From assembly GCA_050273025.1 (NCBI GenBank), contig CP158635.1:13888001-13952000 (forward strand): a stretch of 64,000 nucleotides of DNA, read 5' to 3'. Below, piece by piece: positions 1-13,067 of the stretch (position 1 is its first letter; each line of letters opens with the position of its first letter). A model generated the notes under the pieces. The model was not told where the DNA came from. It did not search any database and saw only the letters and a list, made by a program, of their open reading frames with translations. This DNA is from Cenococcum geophilum. Its lineage: Eukaryota. The position numbers were made by a program, and so were the translations under genes.

Positions 1-230
1 TTTTAAATAAGGAGTTTCTACATTTCTAGTGTATATATGCTAACAATAAGGGAGCTATGCATTTGACTCTAGCAAGTCTCTAGCAACCCTTATATTCTTT
101 TATTATTCTTATTATATGCTTAGTTTGCATTTTTCTATTAAAGCTATTAGATTTAGGTAATCTCAAGTCTTAGTATAAGGCGTTCCGTTTGTTTTACTAT
201 CTTATATATAGTTATTATATTATCCGCCTA

Positions 231-496
231 CATCAGGAATTTTTTTTTTGGGCACGTTGTTGCAAACGAAAATCGGGGTCTGCAAAACCTGCGTAAGTCG
301 CAATTTTGGCAATTTGCGGCGATTTGCAGCGATTTGCTACAAACACATAGGCTACCTATGCACGCGCCTGCCCTATCTATGTGTTCGTAGCAAATTGCTG
401 CAAATCGCCGCAAACTACCAAAATTGCGACTTACGCAGGTTTTGCAGACCCCGATTTTCGCTTGCAACAACGTGCCTAAATTTTTTTTTCCTAATA
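231..496. repeat. Long fold-back (arms of ~120 bp, spacer ~25 bp), MITE-like, at the left end of the TIR element
   Basis: 231-350 is the near-perfect reverse complement of ~377-496. Confidence 0.9.
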
Positions 497-1620
497 CAGA
501 GGCTCTGCACGAGGCTCTACATAAAGCTCTGCACGAGGCTTTACACAAAGCTCTGCACGAAGCTCTACACGAAGCTCTATACAAAGCTCTGCGCGAAGCT
601 CTACACGAAGCTTTGCACGAGGCTCTACATGAGGCTCTACACAAAGCTCTGCGTACAGAGGCTCTGCACGAGGCTCTACACGAAGTTCTGCACGAATTCG
701 TGCACGAAGCTCTGCACGAAGCTCTACACGAAGCTCTACACAAAGCTCTACACGAAGCTCTACACGAAGCTCTACACGAAGCTTTGCACGATGCTCTACA
801 CGAAGCTCTGCGTACAGAGGCTCTACACGAAGCTCTACACGAAGCTCTGCACGAAGCTCTGCACAAAGCTTTACACGAAGCTTTGCACGAGGCTCTACAC
901 GAGGCTCTACACAAAGCTCTGCGTACAGAGGCTCTGCACGAGGCTCTACACGAAGCTCTATACGAAGCTCTGTACGAAGCTCTGTACGAAGCTCTACACA
1001 AAGCTCTACACGAAGCTCTACACGAAGCTTTGCACGATGCTCTACACGAAGCTCTGCGTACAGAGGCTCTACACGAAGCTCTACACGAAGCTCTGCACGA
1101 AGCTTTACACGAAGCTTTGCACGAGGCTCTACACGAGGCTCTACACAAAGCTCTGCGTACAGAGGCTCTGCACGAGGCTCTACACGAAGCTCTGTACGAA
1201 GCTCTGCACGAAGCTCTACACAAAGCTCTACACGAAGCTCTACACGAAGCTCTACACGAAGCTCTACACGAAGCTTTGCACGAGGCTCTACACGAGGCTC
1301 TACACAAAGCTCTGCATATAGAGGCTCTGCACGAGGCTCTGCACGAAGCTCTACACGAAGCTCTACACAAGGCTCTGCACGAAGCTCTACACGAAGCTCT
1401 ACGTACAGAGGCTCTGCACGAAGCTCTACACGAAGCTCTGCACAAAGCTCTATATAAAGCTCTACACGAAGCTCTGCATAAAGCTCTACGAAGCTCTACA
1501 CGAAGCTCTACATATAGAGGCTCTGCACGAGGCTCTGCACGAGGCTCTGCGCGAAGCTCTACACGAGGCTCTGCGCGAAGCTCTGCATACGGAGGCTCTA
1601 CACGAAGCTCTACACAAAGC
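497..1620 (+). repeat. 12-bp minisatellite (CACGAAGCTCTA / CACGAGGCTCTG) with higher-order structure
   Basis: About 90 units. A 15-bp variant CGTACAGAGGCTCTG recurs, and the GATGCT variant occurs at 790 and 1036 (246-bp higher-order duplication). Confidence 0.95.
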
Positions 1621-1784
1621 CTTTGTGTGTGCGCGCGACACACTACTATCGGGTCCCCGCTATATTCCCGATAGCCTCTACACGTGCCTCTGCCAAGTAT
1701 ACCCCCTATATACACCTAGGTAGCCACCTCATTTTTTACCCTTCCTTACATCCTCCCTACCTAGGAAGACACCAGAACGACAGC

Positions 1785-2300
1785 CAGCAGACGACCGTCG
1801 CCGGAGCCAGACGACCGTCGCCAGAGCTAGACGACCGTCAGAGCCAGACGACCGTCGTCAGAGCTAGACGACCGTCAGAGCCAGACGACCGTCGTCAGAG
1901 CTAGACGACCGTCGCCGGAGCCAGATGACCGTCGCCAGAGCTAGACGACCGTCAGAGCCAGACGACCGTCGTCAGAGCTAGACGACCGTCGCCGGAGCCA
2001 GATGACCGTCGCCAGAGCTAGACAACCGTCGCCGGAGCCAGATGACCGTCGCCAGAGCTAGACGACCGTCAGAGCCAGACGACCGTCGTCAGAGCTAGAC
2101 AACCGTCGTCAGAGCTAGACGACCGTCGCCGGAGCCAGATGACCGTCGCCAGAGCTAGACGACCGTCGCCGGAGCCAGATGACCGTCGCCAGAGCTGGAC
2201 GACCGTCGTCAGAGCTGGACGACCGTCGCCGGAGCCAGATGACCGTCGCCAGAGCTAGACGACCGTCGTCATCGCCACACGACCGTCGCCAGAGCCACAC
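1785..2300 (+). repeat. 17-20 bp GC-rich minisatellite (AGACGACCGTCGCCAGAGCT and variants)
   Basis: Direct tandem units with no unique spacers. Confidence 0.95.
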
Positions 2301-2369
2301 GACAACCGTTCGAACGACCAGCCAGCGAACACGATAAACGATTCGATCGATCGATCGAATCAAGGTGAC

Positions 2370-2513
2370 ATAGACAGGTAGGCACAGACGGGTAGGTATA
2401 GACGGACGGACAGACAGACAGGTAGGTAGGCAAGCAGGCAGGCAGGCAGGTAGGCAGGCAGGCAGGCAGGTAGGCAGGTAGGTAGGCAGGCAGGCAGGCA
2501 GGTAGGCAGGTAG
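2370..2513 (+). repeat. Compound tetranucleotide microsatellite (CAGA/CAGG/TAGG)n
   Basis: Seen directly. Confidence 0.95.
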
Positions 2514-2660
2514 ATGATTTAGAGCCTCTGCGAGAGGCTTCCCCCTTGACGCCCAAAGTAGATAGCTCTACATTTTATATAGTTATAATATAAATATATT
2601 TAAAAGTATATTATAGAAATCTATGGGAATATGTGATAATTTGGTTATTATATAATATAA

Positions 2661-2788
2661 TTACAATTCGTACAGTTTGTACAATTCGTACGGTTTGTAC
2701 AATTCGTACGGTTTGTACAATTCGTACTGTTTATACAATTCGTACGGTTTGTACAATTCGTACAGTTTTTACAATTCGTACAGTTTGC
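2661..2788 (+). repeat. 18-bp tandem repeat (TACAATTCGTACGGTTTG) x7, subterminal to the right TIR
   Basis: Seen directly. Confidence 0.95.
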
Positions 2789-3827
2789 GCGCTATTTATT
2801 TATAGGGTAGCGTTTTGCTGTAATTTATTTATAGAGGTAGCATTTTGCCGCAATTTGCTATCAGGTGCTGCGATTTTGTTGCAAAACGTGCGTTTTGCGC
2901 AAATTGCTATCGACCATATCCACCTGCCGCAAACCGCAACAACGAGCCCCAAAAAAATTTTCCTGATGTAGCGTCCCTTTTCTACCCTAAGGCTTAGGGG
3001 AACCACTAGGACTTTAACTAGGTAATCTTTACGGAGCACTTTTATGCCAATACATTCTCCTAGCCTATCCCCTACCCTAACGGCTCGTTTCTTTACCTAT
3101 TAGTCCCTTAGGGTAACTCTAATATCTTTACTCCTAAGGTACCGGACTATAATAGCGTCGTAAACCTCTTTATAAATCTCTATAAGGACTTCTATTTCTA
3201 ATTATCCTCTAAGCCCCTCTACTTTTTCTATATTTAGTTATATTATAATTATATACCTAGATATTGTCTTTAGGGGGGTAGGTTCCCTATATTATAGACG
3301 CGCAGCTATAGCGGCCCAAGTGCGGTTCGCCGGTAAGAAGGGGTTTTATTTATTTTTAATTTTGCTTAGCCGTTAGAGGATTTAATTAAGGGTTTACTAA
3401 AGGGGCGCCTAAGGTTTGCTAGATTGGCGGAGCCATTCTACTAGCTATATTAGTTTGTTATAGCTAACGGTTACTCCCCTATAACTACGGATACTAAACG
3501 CGTCTAATAGGCTTTATATTTTGTTAGATACCTTCTTAATAGAGGTCTTTCCGCTTTATAGTGTAGTATTCGCCCGTTCTTATTATAGAGGGCTATTACT
3601 AGGCGTGGTTTTGGTGGACGCGCGCGAGTGCAAACCACCATCATTTAACGTGTGCCTCCCCTGCGATGTATACATCTTAGGGGGATTCTTTAGGTGTTTT
3701 TTAGGGTTCTTTTAGTTGGTTTTAGTCTTTTTAGGCTAGGTGTAGTAAGAGCTCCTCTAGTTATAGGGCTATCGCTAGTTAAATATATAGCTCCCTTATT
3801 ATTAGTATATACATACTAAGGATATAA

Positions 3828-6800
3828 TAATAATAATAATTCATTGCTTAACGTCTAATTCGGATCCCTACTAGGCCCATACGGACTACTCCTTATTTAT
3901 ATATAGGGAGAAAACTCTATTTAAGAAAAATAAGAAAACCCCGTAATCTATCTCCCCGCCTTTTAGGACTCGCCTACTTAGCGCCTATAAGTCGCCTATA
4001 GTGCTCTACTACCTTACTATTTAACCTCCTTAGGAACCACTGCTGCCGTAACAAGCCTACGGACGCGCTAGTATTATAAACTTTTACTCTACTACTGTAG
4101 AGTTACTAGGGGGCACCTACTGCTCGCCCCCTTACCTTCTATTACTATTTCCCTTGCAACCCAGAACTAATTTAGCACATTTTAACTAATAAGCCACTGG
4201 GTGACCGCCTTAAGGCCTTTTTATATTAAGAGTAGTGTATTATAGTTCTCTGTGCTAGCTGCTAAGAGTATTATTTCTCAATTAGTGCGTAGGGGGCATA
4301 GCAGTATTACGTGTTTTAGTGTCTGTCTTAGCCAGCCACATTCGCATCTTGGGCTACCTACTAGGACACCCACCTAGTAAAGCCAATCTTTTAGTCCTAT
4401 TATTCCTATTCTTAAGAGTGTTGCTATTATATTTTCTACCTTTATTAGGCCTTCTTGGAGCCCTTAGGTATTTACCCCCTATAGCGTTAACTATACTATA
4501 GCTTAGGTTCGTCTTATCTAAGTTAGCCTCTATACCTTTAACTCCCATTCGCCTCTCCAGCGTTGGTTCAACCAGTATTGTATTATAGTAGATGGTTTCC
4601 TAGCGTTTTTACGTGTTTTACTTTAGCTCCTTTCTCTATCTTACTATTATTTTTGCTAACCTCTTATATGTCTTCCTTCCTCCTCTATATAGGCCTGGGC
4701 CCTAAAGCGGCACTATTCTTTTTCTACTTTCTTTACCTATTTCTCTAATATCTCTTCCCTACTTTAGGGTTGTTGGTTTATTCTCCTACAGGGCACCCTA
4801 AGGTCCCTCTATAGTTTACTTAGGCGTGTCTTAATATACTTTATAACATTAGAGTTGCGTTTATTTTGCGTTCTTTATATTGTAGCGGCTTTAATATTTA
4901 ACTATAGGGGGGGAATATTAGATTCCTTCTTAAGCAGTACTGTGGCCGTTCGCTTATACCCGCCTATAATACTCTAGAGGCAGGCTGTTTGGACCTTTTA
5001 AAGTAGTTTAAGGAGTAATTTTAAGGGGCCCTTTTTAGTTTCTTTAATGGCCTAGATACTGGATCTATATATTATAGTTGGCTGGACGACTGCTATATAT
5101 AGTAGGCGTAACCTCTAAAAGCATAGACCCTATATAGAATTAATAATCCTAGATAAAGTGATAAACTATACTTAGCCTTTATGGGCCGCTTATGCTGCGT
5201 ATGCGCTTTACCAAAGCTTGCTGTCTACCTATACTCCTAATACCCTTAGGCCCTAAACTAGTTAACCCCTAAAGCCTTAGATGCGAATTATATACTAAAG
5301 ATCTATAGATTGGTTGCGTTTTCTTATAAAATAGATTAGCTAGTATTTCTCTAGTAAGAATTAGACTCTATAACGTTTTACCCACTCTATATAAGTATTA
5401 TAAGCTTTCTCTAGTATTCTATAGTTCTTTACGGCTGTTGGCCCGTATATAATTAGGTTTATATTGTTAACAAAGCCTATCCCCTAAGTCGCCCCTTTCT
5501 TAAAAGAGTTAAGTAGGTTACTTATAAAGAAAAGGAAGAGTATAGGCGAGAGGGGTAATCCTTATAGTATTCCTGTTATAACTGTAATAGGGGGGCTCTA
5601 GTATCTGCTAAAGACTAATAATGTTTCTTTCTAACCTATAAACCCTTAGATAAATTGTATAATCTATTCTAAGAAGCCCTTTACCCTAAGGATATATAGG
5701 AGACGCTTATAGGGTATATTATTATAAGCACTATTAATATCTAGGCTAAGCATTAATACTATAAAGTCCTTTCACATCGCCTATGTAGATTTAATAGTGG
5801 CAGCGAGTAGCGTAAGTGTTAATAGTGTTAAGCAGTTCTTTCTTGCCCCTATTTGGCTTTATAGTAGTAAGGCGTATTCCTTTACTATATCTACTATACG
5901 TTCCGCTATTACCCTTTTTAAGATCTTACTAAAGGTGTTTTCTAAGGCAATAGGGCGGTAGCTTCCTAGGATTAAGTAATTTGCTTTACCTTCTTTTTAT
6001 AGGATAACTATTGTTATAGATCTTCCGAGTTATAGGTAATAGCCTATAGCAAAGTATACTTTAGCTATATCTGCAAGCTAAAGTACTATAAGTAGCCTAT
6101 AGGTTTTTAGGGCCTTATTTAGAATCCTATTTAGTCCTAATACTATATTATTTAAAAGGCGGCTAATAATTCTAGCCATTTCCTCTGTTATTATATCGCT
6201 ATTAACCCATAGGCGAGTTACCGGTGTTTTGCCCGTAATATTACTAAGGTCTGCTAGAGCTAGTTAGGGAAAGAACCTTTCTATAAGGATTTTTACCTTC
6301 TTATTATTGTTATTTATAGCCTATAATTCTCCTACTCTTTATAGGGGTGGTAGGTATAGATCTTCTACTAGACGCCCTGCCTTTTTCTTTACCTATTTTG
6401 CTATATCCTAAAGGCCCTTATTATAGGGGAGGCTTAAATTAGAAGTATACTTGTTTATAAACCGTCTCCAGTTATTTCTTACTTCTTTTTTTAGGGTATT
6501 CTTTAGCTAGTTTCTTATATCTTTATATTATCTCTTATCTTTAGGGTTATAGCTGCTTATATATTTCCTTTTTACTTATTATTAGCTAGTAACTAGAACT
6601 GCGTATTATATAGACTATACGTATCGCGTATAGGGGCCCGGTTTTAAGATTAGGCAGTGCTCTTTTAGCCTATTTTTAATTACTACTTGGATCCTTTTTA
6701 GTCTTTAGTTAATTTCTTTAGGGGTAGTTAATAGGCCTTACTTATTTAGTATTAGGTAGATTTCTTCTAGGTCTTAGAGTTATTATTTAACTATATTAAG

Positions 6801-9394
6801 GAAACTGTCTGTCTTAAGCTTCCTTATTATATATCTTTTTCTATTTAATTACGCTTTAGTATCTAGGTCTAGCTATATCTAGATAGGGATATAGTCTAGG
6901 GTAAGTGCCTATTCTTCTTTAGGGTTGCACCTTTTAAGTCTCTAGTATAGGCCTTCGTCTATAAATATAAGGTTAATTATACTTCTAGCGGTGCCTTATT
7001 ACCATATAATTACTCCTAGGGGGGTAGCTAGCTTAAGGCCCTAGATATCTATAGCTCTTAGTAGGCACTCTAACTATTAGTCTATAGCAATATAGATACC
7101 CCCCTATTATGGGTGGTAGAGGTTTATATCTCCTAATAGGATAAACTCTATACCTTTAGTTTCTAGTAAGCTTATTACTAATATAATATTCTCTATTTAT
7201 GGGACCCCTTTGACCCTAGGGTTATATACATTAATAATTTATACCGGTCCCCTATATGTTTAGATTATTATAACTACAATATCTAGGTTAACTACCTATT
7301 ATAACTATAAGGACAGGCTAATAGCCTTACTAATTATAAAGTATATATATATAGCTACTTTTGGTTTATATAGGAGCTGAAATCCTTAGGGGTAATATAT
7401 TGATTATATAAAGGTATTATAATATGGCTCTTATATAGTAAGGATATAGTATTTCTTTAGGTCTAGACTATCTAGTAGGGGCCTTATAAGGTAGTAGTTT
7501 ATATTGCTGTAGTTATATTATATAATAAATAGGTAGCGGACCCCCGGCGAGGGTTTTTTAACTCTCCTTTATTTCTTACTTCTTCTATTTCTACTTTCTT
7601 TAGGATATTTAGAGCTTCTATCTCTTATATCTACACCCTAGTTACTACTTATTTTGTATAGAGCTTTCCATTTCTATGTCTTATATTTCTATTAGCGCTT
7701 CTATATCTAAATCTATTATTATTATTAGTTCTTCCCTTATTCTTACTAGTCAGCTATATACCCTTTATAGGTTGGCTGCGAATATTATATTTGCCGCATT
7801 AAGTCTAATTCTTAATTGTCCTAGTCTTAAGCCTACTATCGCTGTCTATAGGGGTCTTCCTATAGGGCGTCCTCTCCCTTATATCCCCTATAACCCTTAT
7901 ATCCCTAATTAGTCTAATAATATCGCGCGGCATCGCTTCTAGCCCGTTAAGGCTTAGGATAGCTAGCCTAGCCCTCTAGTATTAAAGGTAGGAAACGCTA
8001 GGAAGGTACCTGCATCCCCCTAGCTTATTGCCTATTATTTCCATTTATATAACCTAGCGTACAGTTATTCCCGCAGCTATTAAGCCCTTGCCTTCCATCT
8101 CCTATATTTAATGCAGTCTTCTCTCTCCTACGCCTTATATATGCTTTGGTGGCAGTTTACGCATTTTATTTAGTCTTAATTTAAGTAATATCTCATATTG
8201 TAGGGGCCTGTATAGTAGCCGCAGCATACCTATACTGCGTATATAGATTAGGTATGTCCCTATTATATATAGCGATAGTATTGTTTTAGGCGTAGTCTAT
8301 AGTTATAGAGCCTTATATTATATATAAGGCTATTTATAATTATTTCTTTTTAGATAAGGAGTTTTTGCATTCCTAGTATATATATACTAATAATAAGGGA
8401 GCTATGCGTTTGTCCGGCGTCTCCCTAGCGAGTCTTTAGTGACCCTTATATCCTCTTATTATTCTTATTATATACTTAGTTTGCATTTTCCTATTAAAGC
8501 CATTAAATTTGGGTGATTTTAAGTCCTAATATAAGGCGTTCCGTTTATCTTACTATCTTTTATATAATTGCTATATTATCCACCTAGCGTCCCTTTTCTA
8601 CCCTAAGGCTTATAGGAACCGCTAAGACTTTAACTAGGTAATCCTTATAGAGTACTTTTATACTAATACGTTCTCCTAGCCTATCCCCTACCCTTATAGC
8701 TCGTTCCTTTGCCTATTAGTCCTTTAGGGTAACTCTAATATCTCTACTCTTAAGGTATTGGACTATAATAGCATTATAGACCTCTTTATATATCTTTATA
8801 AGGACTTCTATTTCTAATTATCCCCTAAGCCCCTCTGCTTATTCTATATTTGGTTATATTATAATTATATACCCAGTTGTTAACTTAAGGAGGGTAGGTT
8901 CCCTATACTGTAAAAGCGCAGCTATAGCGGCCTAGGTGCGGTTCGCCGGTAAGGGGGGGTTATACTTATTTTTAATTTTGCTTAGCTATTAGAGGATTTA
9001 ATTAAGGGTTTACTGGAGGGGCGCCTAAGGTTTACTAAACTAGCGGAGCCATTCTACTAGCTATATTAGTTTGTTATAGCTAATAGTTACTCCCCTATAA
9101 TTTTAGATACTAGACGCGTCCAATAGGCTTTATATTTTATTAGATGCCTTCTTAATAGAGGTATTTCCGCTTTATAGTGTGGTATTCGCCCGTCTTTATT
9201 ATGGAGGGCTATTGCTAGGCGTAGTTCTAGCGGTTGCGCGCGAGTGCGAGCCACCGTCGTTTAACGTGTGCCTCCCCTACGATGCATACATCTTAGGGGG
9301 ATTCTCTGGGTGTTTTTCAGGGTTCTTTTGGTTGGTTTTGGTCTTTTTAGGCCGGGTGCAGCAAGAGCTCCAGTCGTTTTTTATAGAACTTTTC
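3828..9394 (-). mobile_element. Full-length LINE family A retrotransposon (5567 bp, Tad1-like; ORF1 plus endonuclease-RT ORF2), RIP-inactivated
   Basis: 16-bp TSD CA(T/C)ACTAAGGATATAA at 3812-3827 and 9395-9410, and an (ATT)n tail. Degenerate RT motifs on the minus strand: LSLDINSAY, PLSPILFLF, and GFVNNINL for GFVDD near 5455-5478. Confidence 0.92.
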
Positions 9395-11742
9395 CACACT
9401 AAGGATATAAAAAACCCTTATCTAAAAAGGTATTATTATAAATAGCCTTATATACGACGTAAGGCTCTATAACTATAAACTCTGCCTAAAATAATACTAT
9501 CGCTATATATAATAGGGATATACCTAATCTACATACGCAGTATAGGTATACTGCGGCTACTATATAGGCCCCTATAATATAAGATACTGCTTAAATTAAG
9601 ACTAAATAAAATGCGTAAACTGCCACTAAAGTATATATAAGGCGTAGGAGAGAGAAGACTGCATTAAATACAGAAGACAAAAGGTAAGGGCTTAATAGCT
9701 GCGAGAATAACTATACGCTAGGTTATACAAATAGAAATAATAGGCGATAAGCTAGGGGGGCATAGGTGCCTTTTTAGCGTTTTCTACCTTTAATACTAAG
9801 GGGATAGGCTAGCTATCCTAAGCCTTAATGGGCCAAAAGTGACGCCGTATAATATTACTAAACTATATAGGGATATAAGGGAGAGGACGCCCTGTAGGAA
9901 GACCCTTATAAATAGCTATAGTAAGCTTAAAACTAGGATAATTAAGAATTAGACTTAACGCGGTAAATATAATATTTGTAGCCGACTCTTAAAGGGTATA
10001 TAGCTAACTAGTAAGAATAGGGGAAAAACTAGAGATAATAACAGATTTAGATATAGAAGCGTTAGTAGGAATATAAGATACGGGAATAAAAATCTCTATA
10101 TAAAATAAGTAGTAACTAGGGTATAGATATAAGAGATAGAAGTTTTAAATATACTAAAGAAAGTAGAAATAGGAGAAGTAAGGAATAAAGAAAAGGCGAA
10201 GGACCCTCGCCGGGGGTCCGCTACTTATCTATTATATAGTATAACTGCGGTAATATAAACCACTGTCTTGTAAGGCCCTTACTAGACAGCCTAAACCTAA
10301 AGAAATACTATATCCTTACTATATAAGAGCTGTATTATAATGCCTATATATAATTAATATACTGCCCCTAAGGATTCTAGCTCCTATATAAACTAAAAGC
10401 AGCTATATGCGTATACTTTATAATTAGTAAGGCTATTAGCCTATCCTTATAGTTATAATAGGCAGTTAACCTATATATTATAGTTATACTAATATAGATA
10501 TATAGGGGACCGGTATAGATTATTAACGTATATAACCCTAGGGTTAAAGGGGTCCTATAAACAGATAATATTATATTAGTAATAAGCTTACTTAGAACTA
10601 AAGGTATAGAGTTTATCCTATTAGGAGACATAAACCTCTACTACCTATAGTAGGGGGGTATCTATATTACTGTTAAATAATAGGTAGAGTGCTTACTAAG
10701 AGCTATAGACACCTAGGGCCTTAAGCTAGCTACCCCTTTAGGAGCAATTATATGGTAATAAGGTACCGCTAGAAGTATAATTGACCTTATATTTATAGAC
10801 GAAGGCCTATACCAGAGACTTAAAAGATATAACCCTAAAGAAGAATAGGTACTCGCTTTAGACTATATCCCTATTTAGATATAACTAGATCTAGATATTA
10901 AGGCGTAACTAAATAGCAAAAGATACGCAATAAGAAAGCTTAAGATAAATAGCTTTCTTAATATAGTTAAACAATAACTTTAAAACCTAGAAGAAATCTA
11001 CCTAATACTAAACAAGCGAGGCTTATTAGCTACCCCTAAGGAAATCAACCGAAGACTAGAAAGGATTTAGGTAGTAATTAAAAATAGGCTAAAAGAGTAC
11101 TGCCCGGTCTTAAAACCGGGCCTCTATATATAATACGTATAGTCCGCATAATACGCAGTTCTTATTACTAGCTAATAATAAATAAGAAGAAAATATACAA
11201 GTAGCTATAATCCTAAAGACAAGAGATAATATAAAGATATAAGAAACTAGCTAAAGAATACCCTAAAAAAAGAAGTAAGGAATAGCTAGAGATGGTTTAT
11301 AAATAAGTATACTACTAACCTAAACCTCCCCTATAATAAAAGTCTTTAAAGGATAGCGAAATAGGTAAAGAGAAAGGCGGGACATCTAGTAGAAGACCTA
11401 TACCTTTCGCCTTTGTAAAGACTAGGTAAATTACTAACTATAAGCAATAATAATAAAAAGGCAAAGATCCTTATAGAGAGATTTTCCCCTTAACCAGTTT
11501 TAGTAGACCTTAGTAATATTACGGGCGAAGCACCAGTGACTTGCCTAAGGGTTAACAGTGATATAACAACCAAAGAAATGGCCAGAACTATTAGCCGCCT
11601 TTTAAATAATATAGTACTAGGACTAGATAGGATACTAAATAAAGCCCTAAAGACCTGCGGACTACTAATAGTACCTTAACTTGCGGATATAGCTAGAGTA
11701 TACTTTATAATAGGCTACTACCTAAGACTTAGAAGAGCTATA

Positions 11743-13067
11743 GTCGTCGTCTCCCCCTTCGCTCCTCCGTCGTCGCTATGGCGTCGCCGGCTATATAGCC
11801 CCTAAAGACACGTCACCAGACGCCAAATACTAGACGCATTACAAACTCTACTACAACCAGTTTACAGCCATCACGCTGCAGACGATCTCTACCACAACTA
11901 GTCTGCAGCCATTAAGCTGCAGACGACCTCCGCAACCTGTCTACAGCCATCGAGCTGTAGACGACCTCTACTATTACCTGTCTACAGCTATCGAGCCGCA
12001 GACGACCTCCACCATCACCTGTCTACAGCCATCGAGCTGCAGACGACCTCCACCGCAACCTGTCTACGGCTATCGCGCTGCAGACGACCTCTACCGCAAC
12101 CTGTCTACAACCATCGCGCTGTGGACGACCTCTACCGTAACCTGTCTACGGCCATCGAGCTGCAGACGACCTCTACCACAACCTGTCTACGGCCATCGAG
12201 CTGCAGACGACCTCTACCACAACCTGTCTACGGCCATCGAGCTGCAGACGACCTCTACCACAACCTATCTACAGCCGTCGCGCTGCAGACAACCTCCGTA
12301 ACCTGTCTACGGCCATCGCGCTACGGACAACCTCTACTACTACCGCCACTACTACCGCTACAATATACCACACAACACCGCACTATAGGCGTACCGCAGA
12401 TGCATAGATAGGGTAGCTACAGCAGGGGGGGAAGGGGGCCGGCCCGTATTACTTTAGCACGTAAAATATAATGTGTATAGGCGAATTGGTGTTTATAACC
12501 TATATAAGATAACCTTATGAAAAATTTCCCTTCTAGGGTGGGTTTATGTAGCAAGGTTTGCCCTTATAAAATACCCGTTTTCTAGAACGTAAATCTAGGA
12601 TTAATAGCCTACTTTTAGGGAGAGTAGCTATTAATTACTAATTCCCTACCTATTCTTAAGCAAGGAGAAGAAATAGGTTACATTACCGAAAAAAGTCGTA
12701 TAGGAATAACTGGTAGTTGTTTCCAAGCTGGCAAACTATATAAAGCCCTTTGTTTTTATATGCAAAAATGTTACTAAATCTATCTTTTAGAGCGCTTTTT
12801 CTACTCTAGGAACGGCAGAATACGGCAGAAATAGATAAAAGAGCCAGGATTTCTTTATTTCCTTGGTGTAAACTAAATATTAGAGAGCAAAATACTAGGA
12901 TAAAACTCCCCTAGCATCTAAAACGGGCTAGAGTGTCCACTTAGTTACTAGTATATGTTAAGCTGCCTTAAGGGATTTATGTATATAGGACTATAGCGCT
13001 ATAGCCTAGAGGCTGCATGCGCAGTATTGTACGTAGTATAATACAATAGATAATAAAAATAAAAAAA
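11743..13067 (+). mobile_element. Non-autonomous retroposon (SINE-like 'family D', 1325 bp), complete insertion: 5' GC-rich tandem array, unique body, LINE-C-derived 3' tail, A-rich end
   Basis: 12-bp TSD AGAAGAGCTATA at 11731-11742 and 13068-13079. No RT ORF. The last ~115 bp match the 3' end of LINE C (53487-53615). Confidence 0.88.
11848..12340 (+). repeat. ~41-bp tandem array (GCTGCAGACGACCTCTACCACAACCTGTCTACGGCCATCGA), about 12 units
   Basis: Seen directly within the family D element. Confidence 0.92.

Larger units (their letters stand above)
231..2968. mobile_element. Non-autonomous TIR DNA element (2738 bp) with TA target-site duplication, filled with tandem arrays
   Basis: Ends CATCAGGAA-T-run-GGG-C(A/T)CGTTGTTGC and its reverse complement form ~33 bp imperfect TIRs. 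TA flanks it at 229-230 and 2969-2970. The empty site (..ATCCACC TA GCGTCCC..) is present in the sister LINE copy at 8578-8593. No transposase was seen. A TA TSD suggests, but does not prove, the Tc1/mariner superfamily. Confidence 0.88.
1..3755 (-). mobile_element. LINE family A (Tad1-like), 5'/ORF1 part of a RIP-degraded copy, interrupted by a TIR element at 231-2968; continues off the left edge
   Basis: 1-230 joined to 2971-3755 is collinear with 8350-9371 of the full-length LINE A copy, differing mostly by transitions. Confidence 0.85.

Noticed and set aside
228..1715. Long ORFs (CRAS)n on - and (LYTK)n on + as genes
   Set aside because: They are alternative frames of a stop-free 12-bp minisatellite inside a TIR element, with no domain content.
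11743..11850. tRNA-derived Pol III head for family D
   Set aside because: Only a weak A-box-like TGGCGTCGCCGG is present, with no properly spaced GTTCRA B box and no cloverleaf visible.
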